A stretch of DNA of 64,000 nt from an uncultured Actinomycetota bacterium. Its GTDB lineage: Bacteria > Actinomycetota > Thermoleophilia > Gaiellales > Gaiellaceae. How positions within the stretch are numbered: the stretch's first letter is position 1; the number at the start of each line of letters is the position of its first letter. Where the stretch lies: NCBI GenBank assembly GCA_963723405.1, contig CAVRQF010000007.1:138801-202800 (forward strand), read 5' to 3'. Under the pieces are notes generated by a model. That model saw only the letters and a list, made by a program, of their open reading frames with translations, was not told the origin of the DNA and ran no database searches. The position numbers were made by a program, and so were the translations under genes. Below are positions 20,734-30,562 of the stretch, one piece after another.

Positions 20734-22567
20734 GTGACGGAGATGCTCGAGAAGCTGAACGAGACAGGCCCGGCCGCGCCGTCGCCGATCGTCGCCTACC
20801 TCGAGTCGCTGCTCGAGCGGCACGCCGACGACTCGAGCGGCGAGCTCGCGACCTACATCCCCGAGCTCGCAGCGGCCGATCCCGATCTCTTCGGCATCTG
20901 CCTCGTCACCGTCGACGGCGCGGTCTACGAGGCAGGCGACACGCGCCACGAGTTCACGATCCAGTCGATGTCGAAGCCGCTCACCTACGGGCTCGCGCTC
21001 GAGCTCGCCGGGCAGGACGCGGTGCGCCGGCGCGTCGGCGTGGAGCCGAGCGGCGACCCCTTCAACGAGATCAGCCTCCACCCTGCGACGGGCACGCCGG
21101 TGAACCCGATGATCAACGCCGGCGCGATCACGTGCGCCGGGCTCGTGCTCGACCACGCCGACGGATCCTCTCGAGACGCTGCTTCGGACGTACTCGGGCT
21201 ACGCGGGCCGCCGGCTCTCGTGTCGACGAGGCCGTCTACCGCTCCGAGGCCGAGACCGGCCACCGGAACCGCGCGATCGCCCACCTTCTTCGTAGCTTCG
21301 GCGTGCTCGCGAGCGACGCCGAGGCCGCGGTCGACCTCTATTTCCGCCAGTGCTCGGTCGCGGTCGACTGCCGTGATCTCGCGTTCATCGCGGCCACGCT
21401 CGCCGGCGGGGGCGTCAACCCGCGCACCGGCGAGCGGGCGGTCCGCGAGGACGTCGTCCGCAGCGTGCTCAGCGTCATGACCACCTGCGGCATGTACGAC
21501 GGCGCCGGCGAGTGGCTCGTCTCGGTCGGGATACCGGCGAAGAGCGGGGTCTCGGGCGGCGTGCTTCGGCGTCCTCCCCGGCCGGCTCGGCATCGCGGTG
21601 TTCTCGCCCAGGCTCGACGATCAGGGGAACAGCGTGCGCGGCGTGAGCGTGTGCCGCGACCTCTCCCACGACCTCGCGCTCCACCTCGTTCGCCCCGGTG
21701 AGCGGAGCGCGACGCCCGTGCGCGCCTCCTACACGCTCGGGGCGAGGCGCTCGAAGCGCCGGCGGACCGAGGCCGAGCTCGAGGCGATCCACGCGCTCGC
21801 GCCGAGCGCACGGCGGTGTTCGAGCTCCAGGGCGAGCTCGGGTTCGTCGCCGCGGAGGCGGTGTCGCGTAGCGTCGTCGCCCGGCCACGAGCGTCGAGCT
21901 CGTCGTGCTCGACCTCGCAGCGGGTGCACCGCGTCGACCGGGCCGGCCTCGACTTCGTCCCGGCGCTCGCATCGTTCCTCGCGGCCGGGCGGCGGCCAGC
22001 TTGCGGTCTCCGGAGGCGCCCTCGAGACGGCCGGCCCGGACGTGCTCGTGTTCTCGCGGCTCGACGAGGCACTCGAGTGGTGCGAGGACGAGCTGCTCGG
22101 CGGGTCGGCGGCCCGACTCGACTCGAGCGTTCCCGCTCGAGGGTCACCGGCTCTTTCACGGCCTCACCTCGGAGGAGATCGGCAGGCCTTGCTCCCTCGC
22201 CTCGGGACGATCAGCGCGGCGCCCGGCACGGTCCTCGTCCGCAAGGGGGATCCTGCCGACGAGCTCTTCCTCGTGACCGCGGGGCGCCTCAGCGTCTACG
22301 CGCCGAGAGGCCCTCGCGCACCGGCTGACGACGCTCTCGGCGGGGATGACGTTCGGCGAGCTCGCCTACGTTCGGCGCGAGCCGCGGTCGGCCGACGTCG
22401 TCGCCGACTCGCCAGGTCGAATGCCGCAGCTCTGTCCGTTCGCGCTGCTCGACGAGCTGGCCGCGAACGAGCCCGTGCTCTACGGCAAGCTCCTGCGCAA
22501 CCTGCTCGAGGTCGTCTCCGGGTCGCTCCGCCTCGCGAACGACGAGCTCGCCCTGCTCACCGGCTGA
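20734..22567 (+). CDS. glsA: Glutaminase A fused to STAS and cyclic-nucleotide-binding (cNMP) domains, frameshifted
   Basis: AAAGGAGG lies 9 nt before GTG 20734. The glutaminase core reads [50 protein letters not shown]...[14 protein letters not shown]...[25 protein letters not shown]...[29 protein letters not shown]...[29 protein letters not shown] and [22 protein letters not shown]-like segment follows ([16 protein letters not shown]...[11 protein letters not shown]). A cNMP-like segment comes last ([10 protein letters not shown]...[25 protein letters not shown]...[21 protein letters not shown]). There are at least 6 frame changes. Confidence 0.8.
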
Positions 22568-22603
22568 GACGACGCCTGCCAGGACGTGCGAGAATCGGCC
22601 GCG

Positions 22604-23720
22604 ATGGCTGACGCGGGTGCCCTTGCTCCGGTGGTCCCGTTCAACGACCCGTCGCGGAAGCGGCGGCTGCGTCAAGGTCGCCGCGCTGGATCGCCGGGAC
22701 CTGCGTCGTCGTGGTCGTCCTCAACATCCTCGGCGTCGACGTCACGGGCTGGCTCTCCGATCTCTGGAAGCAGATCAAGGCCGTCCCGCCCGGGTACATC
22801 GTCGCCGGCGCTCGTGTTCCAGACCGGCCAGACGATCTTCGCCGGCCTCTCCTACTACGGGATCCTCTCGGCCGCCTACCCCGGCGAGGTCAGCCTCGCG
22901 CCGATCATCACCGCGTACGCGGTCGGCGTCGCGATGAACAACTTCCTGCCGGCGAACATCGGCACCTTCGTCACGCTGCTGATGTTCGTCGCGCTGATCC
23001 CGAGCTGCACGCGTCGGCGGCGCGATCGCCGCCTACCTCGTCCAGAAGATCTTCTTCACGATCGCGGGCACGTTCGTCTACCTCTACCTCTTCCTGTCGG
23101 TGCCCGGATCGTTCGACCTCAACCTCGGGAACATCTCGGCGCACCCGGTGTTCACCGTCGTGCATCGTCGTCGGGGCATCTTCGCTGATCGTGATCGTCG
23201 CGCGGATCTTCTGGCGCCAGGTGAAGAAGCTCTGGGCCCAGGCGAAGAAGGGCGGCGTGATCCTGTCCGACCCGAGGCGCTACATGACGCGGGTGTTCCT
23301 GCCGTCGTTCCTCTCGTACGTCTGCAAGTACGCCGTGATCGGCATCTTCCTGGCCGCGTTCTCGATCCCGGTGACGTTCGAGTCGATCACGTGGATCGTC
23401 GGCTCGGGGTCGCTCGCGAACGTCGCGTCGTTCACGCCCGGCGCGGTCGGGATCACCCAGGCGACGAACGCGCTCGCGCTCGACGTCTGCTGCAACGTGC
23501 CGCAGAGCGACGACGATCGCCTACTCGACCGCCCAGCAGCTGATCACGACCGGGTGGAACGTCATCTTCGCCCTGATCCTCGTGCTCGCGGTGTTCGGCT
23601 GGACGGGCGGCAAGCAGCTCGTGTCGTCGTCGTACTCCGACGCGAAGGAGCAGGTCGCCGAGCAGAAGGAGGCCGGCGCCAGCGCAAGGAGGAAAAGAAG
23701 GCCGACGAAGGAAGCCGGGG
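22604..23720 (+). CDS. Flippase-like / lysylphosphatidylglycerol-synthase transmembrane-region family protein, frameshifted; 3' end uncertain
   Basis: Pieces read MADAGALAPVVPFNDPSRKRRL, VVVLNILGVDVTGWLSDLWKQIKAVPPGYIVA, LVFQTGQTIFAGLSYYGILSAAYPGEVSLAPIITAYAVGVAMNNFLPANIGTFVTLLMFVALIP, and IFWRQVKKLWAQAKKGGVILSDPRRYMTRVFLPSFLSYVCKYAVIGIFLAAFSIPVTFESITWIVGSGSLANVASFTPGAVGITQATNALAL. Confidence 0.55.
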
Positions 23721-23752
23721 CAGGCCGCGGACACGGACGGCTCGCGCCTCCT

Positions 23753-24669
23753 TCACCTCGGTCGGCTTCTGCGGCGACGAACAGCCCGAGCACCGCCTCG
23801 CTTCACCTGGGTCAGCACCGGAAGGCCGGGGCCGGTCGGCTCGGGCCGCGCCCACGCGGCGGCGAGCTCGGCGCCGAGCAGGAGCGCCGAGGAGTACAGG
23901 TACACCGAGTAGAGGAACACGAGCCCGACGGTGAGCGAGCCGTAGATCACGCTGAGCGAGCTCGCCTGGTCGTAGACGAAGCCGGAGGCGAGCGAGATGA
24001 GCGTGAGCAGCACCGCGGTCACGAGCGCACCGGCGAGCCCGTCCCGGAAGCCGATCCCGCGGGTCGGGACGAACCGGTAGAGGAGCAGCACGACCGCGAC
24101 GACGAGCGCGAAGGCGAGGCCCGGCGCCCCGAGGTGGGCCAGGGTGCCGCGCGCCGACGCCGCCCACTTGGCGTCGCGTACTTCTCGACGATGCCGCCGA
24201 GCGCGTCACGAGCGCGGTGCAGAAGGACGAGCGCGCCGGTGCCGACGACGAGAAGGACGTCGACCAGCTTGCCGCGGGCCGTCGGCCGCGTGTAGACGAC
24301 GTGCATCGCGGTCTCGAGCCCCTGCCGGATCGAGCTCATCATCCCGGTGGCGGCCCAGCCGAACACGAGCAGCGAGACGAGCCCCGCGGCGCTCGCCGGC
24401 GTCGCGATCGAGCTGAGGGCCTTCTCGACGTCGTTCCTTCCTGCGGACGAGACCGGCAGGAAGTCGACGATCGCATTCACGACGTTTGCGCGGATCTCGT
24501 CGTCCTGGAGCACGAGCCCGAAGATCGACACGAGGACGATCGCGAGCGGGACGATCGAGAAGAGCACCCGGTAGGCGATGCCCGCCGCCTGGAGCGGGCA
24601 GTGGTCGGCGTAGAACCCCTGGACGGACTCGGGGACGACGCGAAGGAGCTTCCTGGCGGTGGCCCTCAA
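23753..24669 (-). CDS. YihY/BrkB family membrane protein, copy 2, frameshifted
   Basis: ORF 24019..24669 reads (M)RATARKLLRVVPESVQGFYADHCPLQAAGIAYRVLFSIVPLAIVLVSIFGLVL.... ORF 23753..24091 reads LLLYRFVPTRGIGFRDGLAGALVTAVLLTLISLASGFVYDQASSLSVIYGSLTVGLVFLYSVYLYSSALLLGAELAAA. The TTG start at 24669 overlaps the GST stop (TTGA). Confidence 0.7.
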
Positions 24670-25360
24670 CCCGCGGGCGAGCTCACGTACTCGATATAGC
24701 CGCGCACGTCTGCGGCCGGCTCGCTGTACGCCTCGCCGAGGGTCTCCTCCATCCGGGCCATGTAGTCGGTCGCCCAGGCCGGGTAGTCGTAGTCGATCGA
24801 CTTCAGGAACTCGAGGGTGGCCGAGAGGCGGATGTCCGCGATCGACGGGCGGTCGCCGCCGATGAAGGGCCGGTCGGCGAGGAAGAACGTCTGGTAGACC
24901 TCCAGCGGGCTCGCGATCGCCGCGGCCGCGTCCTGCGCGGCCTGCGCCTTCATCTCGTCGGTGGCGCCGCGGCCGTCCCCACCTCGCCGGCGTACTGGCC
25001 GAACCCGAGCGTCGGGTAGGTGGCGCGCGCGACGAGCGGGTAGAGCGTGGCGAGGTGGTAGGCCATGGCCGCGTCGGTCATGGCACGCTCTCCGGGCTCG
25101 GTCGGGTAGAGATCGCCGAGGCCGTGCTTGTTGCACAGGTACTGCATGATCGCGCAGCTCTCCCAGAGAGCGCCGCGCGGTAGTCCCTCGCACTCGAGCA
25201 GCGGCGTGAGCCGTGAGGGGTCCTTCGCGACGAAGTCCGCGTCGGCCTGATGGCCCCACACGTCGACCTCCTCGAACTCGAGGCCGGCGGCGCGCACGAA
25301 GATGCGGGCGCTGAGGTTGTTGACGCTCGGCTTGAGAATGCTCAGGGTGTTCGCTGCCAC
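24666..25360 (-). CDS. Glutathione S-transferase family protein, one frameshift near 24960
   Basis: ORF 24950..25360 reads MAANTLSILKPSVNNLSARIFVRAAGLEFEEVDVWGHQADADFVAKDPSRLTPLLECEGLPRGALWESCAIMQYLCNKHGL.... The C-terminal domain is in frame 24666..25259 (FLADRPFIGGDRPSIADIRLSATLEFLKSIDYDYPAWATDYMARMEE). Confidence 0.75.
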
Positions 25361-25388
25361 GTTCGACTCCTCCGAGGTAGGGGCGGGA

Positions 25389-25982
25389 TCAGACGTCTGT
25401 CTGACCGGGTAGGGATGGGCTGCGGTCGGCGGAGAGCGACCCCCGCGACCGTTCGACCAGGAGCTCGATCGCGTCGGCGAGGTGCGCCTCGGCGATCGCG
25501 TAGTCGCCGCGCTCGACCCGGAGCCTGTGCGCCTCGAAGAGCACGTCGACGTGGTTGTGGCCGAAGGGCGGCTCGAACCGGTAGGAGGCGAGCTCGATCG
25601 TCAGGCCGAGGGGATCGTCGAAGTAGATCGAGTCCATGAAGCCCCTGTCCTTCGGGCCGCTGTGCTTGACGCCCCGCTCCTCGAGCCGGAGCGCGGCCTG
25701 CTTGAAGACGGCCTGTGAGACGTTGATCGCGATGTGGTGGACGCAGCCGGGGTCGGTCGGCGTGCGGCTCGGGTCGGGAACGCGGCTCTCGTCGGTGAAG
25801 ATCGTGATCAGGCGGCCGTCGCCCGGGTCGAAGTAGAGGTGGCTCTCGAGCTCGTTGTCGAGGTTCGGCTGCTCGAAGACGAACGGCATCCCGAGCAGCC
25901 CTTCCCAGAAGTCGATCGACGTCCGGCGGTCGGCGCCGACGAGCGTGATGTGGTGGACGCCCTGGCTCTGGATCTTCCGCAC
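25389..25982 (-). CDS. VOC family protein (glyoxalase/extradiol-dioxygenase fold)
   Basis: Intact ORF: (M)RKIQSQGVHHITLVGADRRTSIDFWEGLLGMPFVFEQPNLDNELESHLYFDPGDGRLITIF...VHHIAINV...GPKDRGFMDSIYFDDPLGLTIELA. The GTG start abuts the upstream gene's TAG. Confidence 0.8.
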   Translation of the reverse strand: MRKIQSQGVHHITLVGADRRTSIDFWEGLLGMPFVFEQPNLDNELESHLYFDPGDGRLITIFTDESRVPDPSRTPTDPGCVHHIAINVSQAVFKQAALRLEERGVKHSGPKDRGFMDSIYFDDPLGLTIELASYRFEPPFGHNHVDVLFEAHRLRVERGDYAIAEAHLADAIELLVERSRGSLSADRSPSLPGQTDV

Positions 25983-27297
25983 CTACGCCTTCTCCTTCCT
26001 CTCGACGAGCCTCGACTTGTACTCGCTGCGCTCGATCGACCCCCACGGGACGAGCTCGACGCTCGCCTGGACGACCAGGACCGCGCGAAGTCTGTCACGG
26101 ATCGCGTCCGCGAGTGAAGGCTCGGCCTGCTCTCCCCGGGCCAGCTCGACCGCGATCGGGAGCGGCGGATCCTGCTTCACGCCCGGCGAGGCCGGGCGCA
26201 CGACGATGTTGCCGCTGACGCTCGGCGCGAAGCCGCCGACGACCTCTCTGACCGCCGACGGGAAGACGTTGACGCCGCGGACGATCAGCATGTCGTCGGT
26301 GCGGCCCACGCACCTGACGCGCGGGCCTGTGCGGCCGCAGGGGCAGGGGCTCGTGTGCACGACGACGTGGTCCCGGGTGCGGAAGCGGAGGAGCGGCGCC
26401 GCCCGGTTGCGCAGGTGGGTGAGGACGAGCTCGCCCGCCGCGCCGTCGGACAGCTCGACCGCCTCACCGGTGCCCGGGTCGATCAGCTCCGGGTGGACGA
26501 AGCCGCGGGCACCGAGATGCATACCGTCCTGGGCCTCGCACTCGCCCCACAGCGAGATGCCGATGTCGCCGATCCCCATCGCCTCGGTGACCTGCGCTCC
26601 CCAGCCGGCCTCGAGGGCGGCCCGGAAGGCCGGCTCGCCACCGCCCGGCTCGCCCGCCACGAGCACGCGCTCGACGCTCGATCCGCGCAGGTCGAACCCT
26701 CGCCCTGCGGCCCACTCGATGACGTAGGCCGCATACGACGGGGTCAGCACGGCAGCCTCGGGGCGAAGGCGGTCGATCGCGGTAACGAGCCGCTCGGTGT
26801 TGCCGGTGCCGACCGGGACGTGGCACAGGCCGATCTGGTCGAACGAGGCGAGCGCGGCGCCGGCGACGAACGGCCCGGCGTTGTAGGTCGAGACGATCCG
26901 CTGGCCGCGCCGGATGCCCGAGGCGGCATAGCTGCGGGCCGAGCCGGTGACCCAGTCGTCGAGGTCGCCGGCGGTGAGCGGGATGAAGCTCGGCGTGCCC
27001 GTCGTGCCCGAGGTCGAGTAGATCCGGACGAGCTCCTCGGGCCTCGCGCAGAGGTGCGAGCCGACCGGGTTGTCCGGCGTGACCGTCTCGCGCAGCTCCT
27101 CCTTCCCGGTGAGCGGGAGCCGTGCGATCTCTTCGAGCCCGCCGGCCTCGGCGGCGCCCGCGATGCCGGCCCGACCGAGCTTCTCCCGGTAGAAGGCCGA
27201 GCGGTCGACGAGGTAGGCGAGCTGCTCGCGGTAGCCGGCCTCGTCGATCCGCGAGCTGCTCCTCCCAGGCCCGCGCCTCGACCTCCGGCTCGAGCAT
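25983..27297 (-). CDS. Phenylacetate-CoA ligase (PaaK / coenzyme F390 synthetase-like) family protein, frameshifted in the N-terminal half
   Basis: ORF 25983..26750 reads ...TPSYAAYVIEWAAGRGFDLRGSSVERVLVAGEPGGGEPAFRAALEAGWGAQVTEAMGIGDIG...LLRFRTRDHVVV...CPCGRTGPRVRCVGRTDDMLIVRGVNVFPSAVREVV. The N-terminal pieces are MLEPEVEARAWEEQ, AFYREKLGRAGI, LPLTGKEELRE and VRIYSTSGTTGTPSFIPLTAGDLDDW. Confidence 0.8.
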
Positions 27298-28058
27298 CAC
27301 GCCTCGGAGCCCTCGTAGTCGACGGCTTCCTCCGCGCCGGCGGCGAGCGCGAACCCGGCGGGCTCGGCCTGCTCCTCGGCGAGGTGCGCGAGGATCCCGG
27401 CCGTCCGGGCGAGCACGGGGACGGCCTTCACCATGTTCGGCGCGAAGCCGAGGTCGAGCATCACGGCGGCGATCGGCATCGAGACGTTCATCGGGAGCGG
27501 CCTGCCCCATGCCTCGGCGGCGGCGGCGCCGAACTCGCGGGCGAGGGCCACGTAGGCGCCGCTGATCCCGCGCGCGTCGGCGAGCTCGAGGATCCGCTCG
27601 GCGCGCGGGTCGACCGGCTTGTGGACCGGGTGGCCGAACCCGGGGAGGCGCGCGCCGGCATCACGAGTCCTCGCTGCGATCTCCCTCGGGTCGCCGCCTG
27701 CCCGCGCCTCCTCGAGCAGCCGCGCACATTCTCCCGCCGTGCCCAGGATCACAGGGCCTGCGCCGAGAATCCCGGCCGCCACGGCTCCCTGGAGCGAGCC
27801 CGGATCGGCCGCGAGCGTCATCCTTGCGGCGATGCTCGTCGGCATCATCCCGTGCTCGGCGATCGCGACGAGGAGCAGGTCGAGGAAGAATCGCTGGTCC
27901 TCGGTCGGCTCCTCCCCGGTCATCAGGAGATGGAAGTAGTCGACGAACCCGAGCCTCCCCATCACGTCGCTCGTGAGGTCGCGGCCGCGCACTTCGACCC
28001 GGTCGGGATAGGCCTGGGCGATCCTCGTCACCGGCCTTCCCGGCTTGCCGATCCTCAT
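27297..28058 (-). CDS. Citrate-synthase-fold protein, short form (citryl-CoA lyase-like)
   Basis: Taken from Met64 of ORF 27297..28247: MRIGKPGRPVTRIAQAYPDRVEVRGRDLTSDVMGRLGFVDYFHLLMTGEEPTEDQRFFLDLLLVAIAEHGMMPTSIAARMT...RLPGFGHPVHKPVDPRAERILELA...NVSMPIAAVMLDLGF...ARTAGILAHLAEEQ. Its stop overlaps the PaaK-like start (TGATG). Confidence 0.75.
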   Translation of the reverse strand: MRIGKPGRPVTRIAQAYPDRVEVRGRDLTSDVMGRLGFVDYFHLLMTGEEPTEDQRFFLDLLLVAIAEHGMMPTSIAARMTLAADPGSLQGAVAAGILGAGPVILGTAGECARLLEEARAGGDPREIAARTRDAGARLPGFGHPVHKPVDPRAERILELADARGISGAYVALAREFGAAAAEAWGRPLPMNVSMPIAAVMLDLGFAPNMVKAVPVLARTAGILAHLAEEQAEPAGFALAAGAEEAVDYEGSEA

Positions 28059-28851
28059 GGGCGGCAAACTAACGGAGATGCTCGCGCGAACCGCAGCTCT
28101 CGCAGCGCTCGTGCTTCTCCTGGCCGCGCCTGCAGGAGGCTCGCTCCGGCTTCCCGAGCCGCTCCCGAGCCGCACGATCGACCTCCCGATCCTGATGTAC
28201 CACCGGATCGGGCCCGTGAGCCCGGGCCTGCCCGCGGTGACGCGCACATTGACTGTGAGCCCCGAGGACTTCGCCGGCCAGATGGAGTGGCTCCACCGGC
28301 ACGGCTACCACGCGGTCTCCCAGCTGCAGGTGTTCCGGGCGCTCGAGCAGGGGCGCCCGTTGCCGCCGAGGCCGGTGATGATCACGTTCGACGACGGCTA
28401 CCGCGACGTCCTGTGGCACGCCGCGCCGGTGCTCCACAGGCTGCACATGCCGGCCACGGAGTACGTGATCAGCGGGCGCGTCTCGAACGGGGACCCGAGC
28501 TTCCTCACCTGGCCGCAGCTCGGGCGGCTGGAGAGGCTCGGGGTCACGATCGGCTCCCACACCGTCAGCCACCAGGATCTCGTGCTGATGCCGCCGTCCC
28601 AGGCACTCGCCGAGCTGCGCGACTCGCGGCGGGCGCTCGAGCAGCATCTCGGGCACCCGGTGCAGTGGTTCGCCTACCCCTTCGGCGCCGAGAACGCGAC
28701 GGTGGTCGCGCTCGCGCAACGGGCCGGGTACGTGCTCGCGGTGACGACGAAGGGCGGCACCGCGCAGTCCGCCGCCGCGCCGCTCCTGCTGCACCGCGAA
28801 GAGGTCACGGACGCAACGGGCCCGGCCGGCCTCGCCGGGCTCGTCGGGTAA
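28057..28851 (+). CDS. Polysaccharide deacetylase family protein (secreted)
   Basis: ORF 28045..28851 has a signal-like LARTAALAALVLLLAAPAGG, followed by LPILMYHRI...VMITFDDGYRDVLWHAAPVLHRLHMPATEYVI...LTWPQLGRLERLGVTIGSHTVSHQDL...FAYPFG. Candidate starts are TTG 28045, ATG 28057 and ATG 28078. ATG 28057 overlaps the divergent gene's ATG (CATG). Confidence 0.8.
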   Translation: MGGKLTEMLARTAALAALVLLLAAPAGGSLRLPEPLPSRTIDLPILMYHRIGPVSPGLPAVTRTLTVSPEDFAGQMEWLHRHGYHAVSQLQVFRALEQGRPLPPRPVMITFDDGYRDVLWHAAPVLHRLHMPATEYVISGRVSNGDPSFLTWPQLGRLERLGVTIGSHTVSHQDLVLMPPSQALAELRDSRRALEQHLGHPVQWFAYPFGAENATVVALAQRAGYVLAVTTKGGTAQSAAAPLLLHREEVTDATGPAGLAGLVG

Positions 28852-28852
28852 C

Positions 28853-30521
28853 TCAGGGAACGATCGAGACGAGCGTGCCGATCGGCGTGTAGGGCCAGAT
28901 CTTCGCGGCGGTCGCGTTCGGCGCCTCGACGCAGCCGACGCTCTGTGGAAAGCCGTAGGTGGGCCGGTCGAAGCCGTGGATGGCCTCGCCGCCGTTGAAG
29001 TAGCTGATCCACTTGATCCCCGGGTCGACGTACTTGCTCCCGTCGGGATTGGTGCCGCGCATCGTCCCCTCGGGGATGTGCTCGAACACGGCGTGCGTCC
29101 CGAACGGCGTCGGCGCGGCGGGCACGCCCGTGTTGATCCTGGCGGTCATGATCACCTGGCCATCGCTCCAGAGCGTCAAGCGTCTGCGGGACGGTGCGGT
29201 GCACGACGACGTAGCTGTAGAGCCGGGCATGCTGCCCGGCGAGCGCTGCCTTGATCAGCGTGTGCCAGGTGGTCGGCCCGGGGATCCCGTCGACGGCGAG
29301 CCCGTGATCCGCCTGGAAGGCCATCACGGCGCCCTGCGTCACGCGCGTCCAGGTGCCTGGCTTCCAGAGCGCCGTCAGCTGCGTCGGGGTGTTTGCGTAC
29401 CGCCACGAGAAGGTCCCGGGCGGCGCGTGGAGGGCGGCCGCCTTCTGGGCTGCCGCGGTATCGGCCACCGCCGCGCCGGCCGCCTGCCAGCTGAGCGGAA
29501 GGTAGCCGAGCTCCGCCAGGAGCTGGTGGAGCCGGACGGTCGAGCCGACCGGGACGCTCCAGGTGAGGCTCGCGGCCGTCTGGGTCTTCCCCGGCGAGAG
29601 GATGTCCGTGGGGGCCGGCAGCGTCACGACGACGGGCCGGCCGAGCGCGAAGCCCGACCCCGTCGGCCTGAACGTGAGCTGGTTCGCGGAGGTCTGGCTC
29701 CAGATCCCGGGCGTCGGCGGGTCGAGCGCGGGCCGCGTGACGCCGAGCACGGCCTTCACGGGCTGGGAGAAGGTCAGCTCGATCGGGGTCGTCGGCTCGA
29801 TCGTCGTGCCGGGCGCCGGCTTCACGAGCGCCTCGAGCCGGTCTCCCTCGGGGAACCAGCTCACGCGAGCGGGAGCCGACAGCCGTTCCCAGGTCCTGGC
29901 CGCGGCCGCCACGGTGAGGACGCCGAAGCGGTTCGGGCCCGTCGCCAGGAGGCCGGTGCGAAGCACGGCCCGCGGCTTCGCGAACCGCATGCTCTGCTGC
30001 TGGAACCCGGGGAGCTTCAGCTGGAGGAGGCTCGCGGGCTCGCTGAAGTGGAGCTCGACCGGCGCGCCCGGGGCGAGGTGGAGGAGCGTCGTCCTCACGT
30101 CCGTTCTCGGCGTCGTGACTGTCGTCTCGACGGTCTTCTCGCCCCCGAGGAGCCACGAGACCCACGACGCGCGGCGGACGGTTGCGGTCACGCGAAGCTG
30201 CTCGCCCGACGCGAGCTTCCCCTTGGGCCAGATCTCCCCGGCCCGGAGGGAGACCGGGATCGTCCGTCCCTGCGAGTCGTGGACCGTCACTCGCTCGACC
30301 TGCTCGCCGACGGGCGCATTCTTCACCGCCGCGAGGGCCTGGGGGGCGCTCTCGATCGCGGCCGCCGGCCACTCGAAGCGGACCGCGGCGAGCCCGGCCG
30401 CGGCCAGCAGGACGATCGCGACGAGCGCGATCGCCGGGCCACGGCGCGAGCTGCGACGCGGCCGCCGGCGCGACGGGTACTGCGTGGTCGACCCCCTCCG
30501 CGTGGACACCCTGCACTCCAT
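28853..30521 (-). CDS. L,D-transpeptidase (YkuD domain) with peptidoglycan-binding and Ig-like N-terminal regions, one frameshift near 29180
   Basis: ORF 28674..30521 has an N-terminal TM helix and long beta-rich region, plus a PG-binding-like segment (VTQGAVMAFQADHGLAVDGIPGPTTWHTL). The YkuD catalytic part is in ORF 28853..29230 (LTLWSDGQVIMTARINTGVPAAPTPFGTHAVFEH...ISYFNGGEAIHGFDRPTYGFPQSVGCVEAP). Confidence 0.8.
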
Positions 30522-30562
30522 GGTGCCAGCCGGGTCCGACCTCGGCTCTAGACTCAGCCCCG

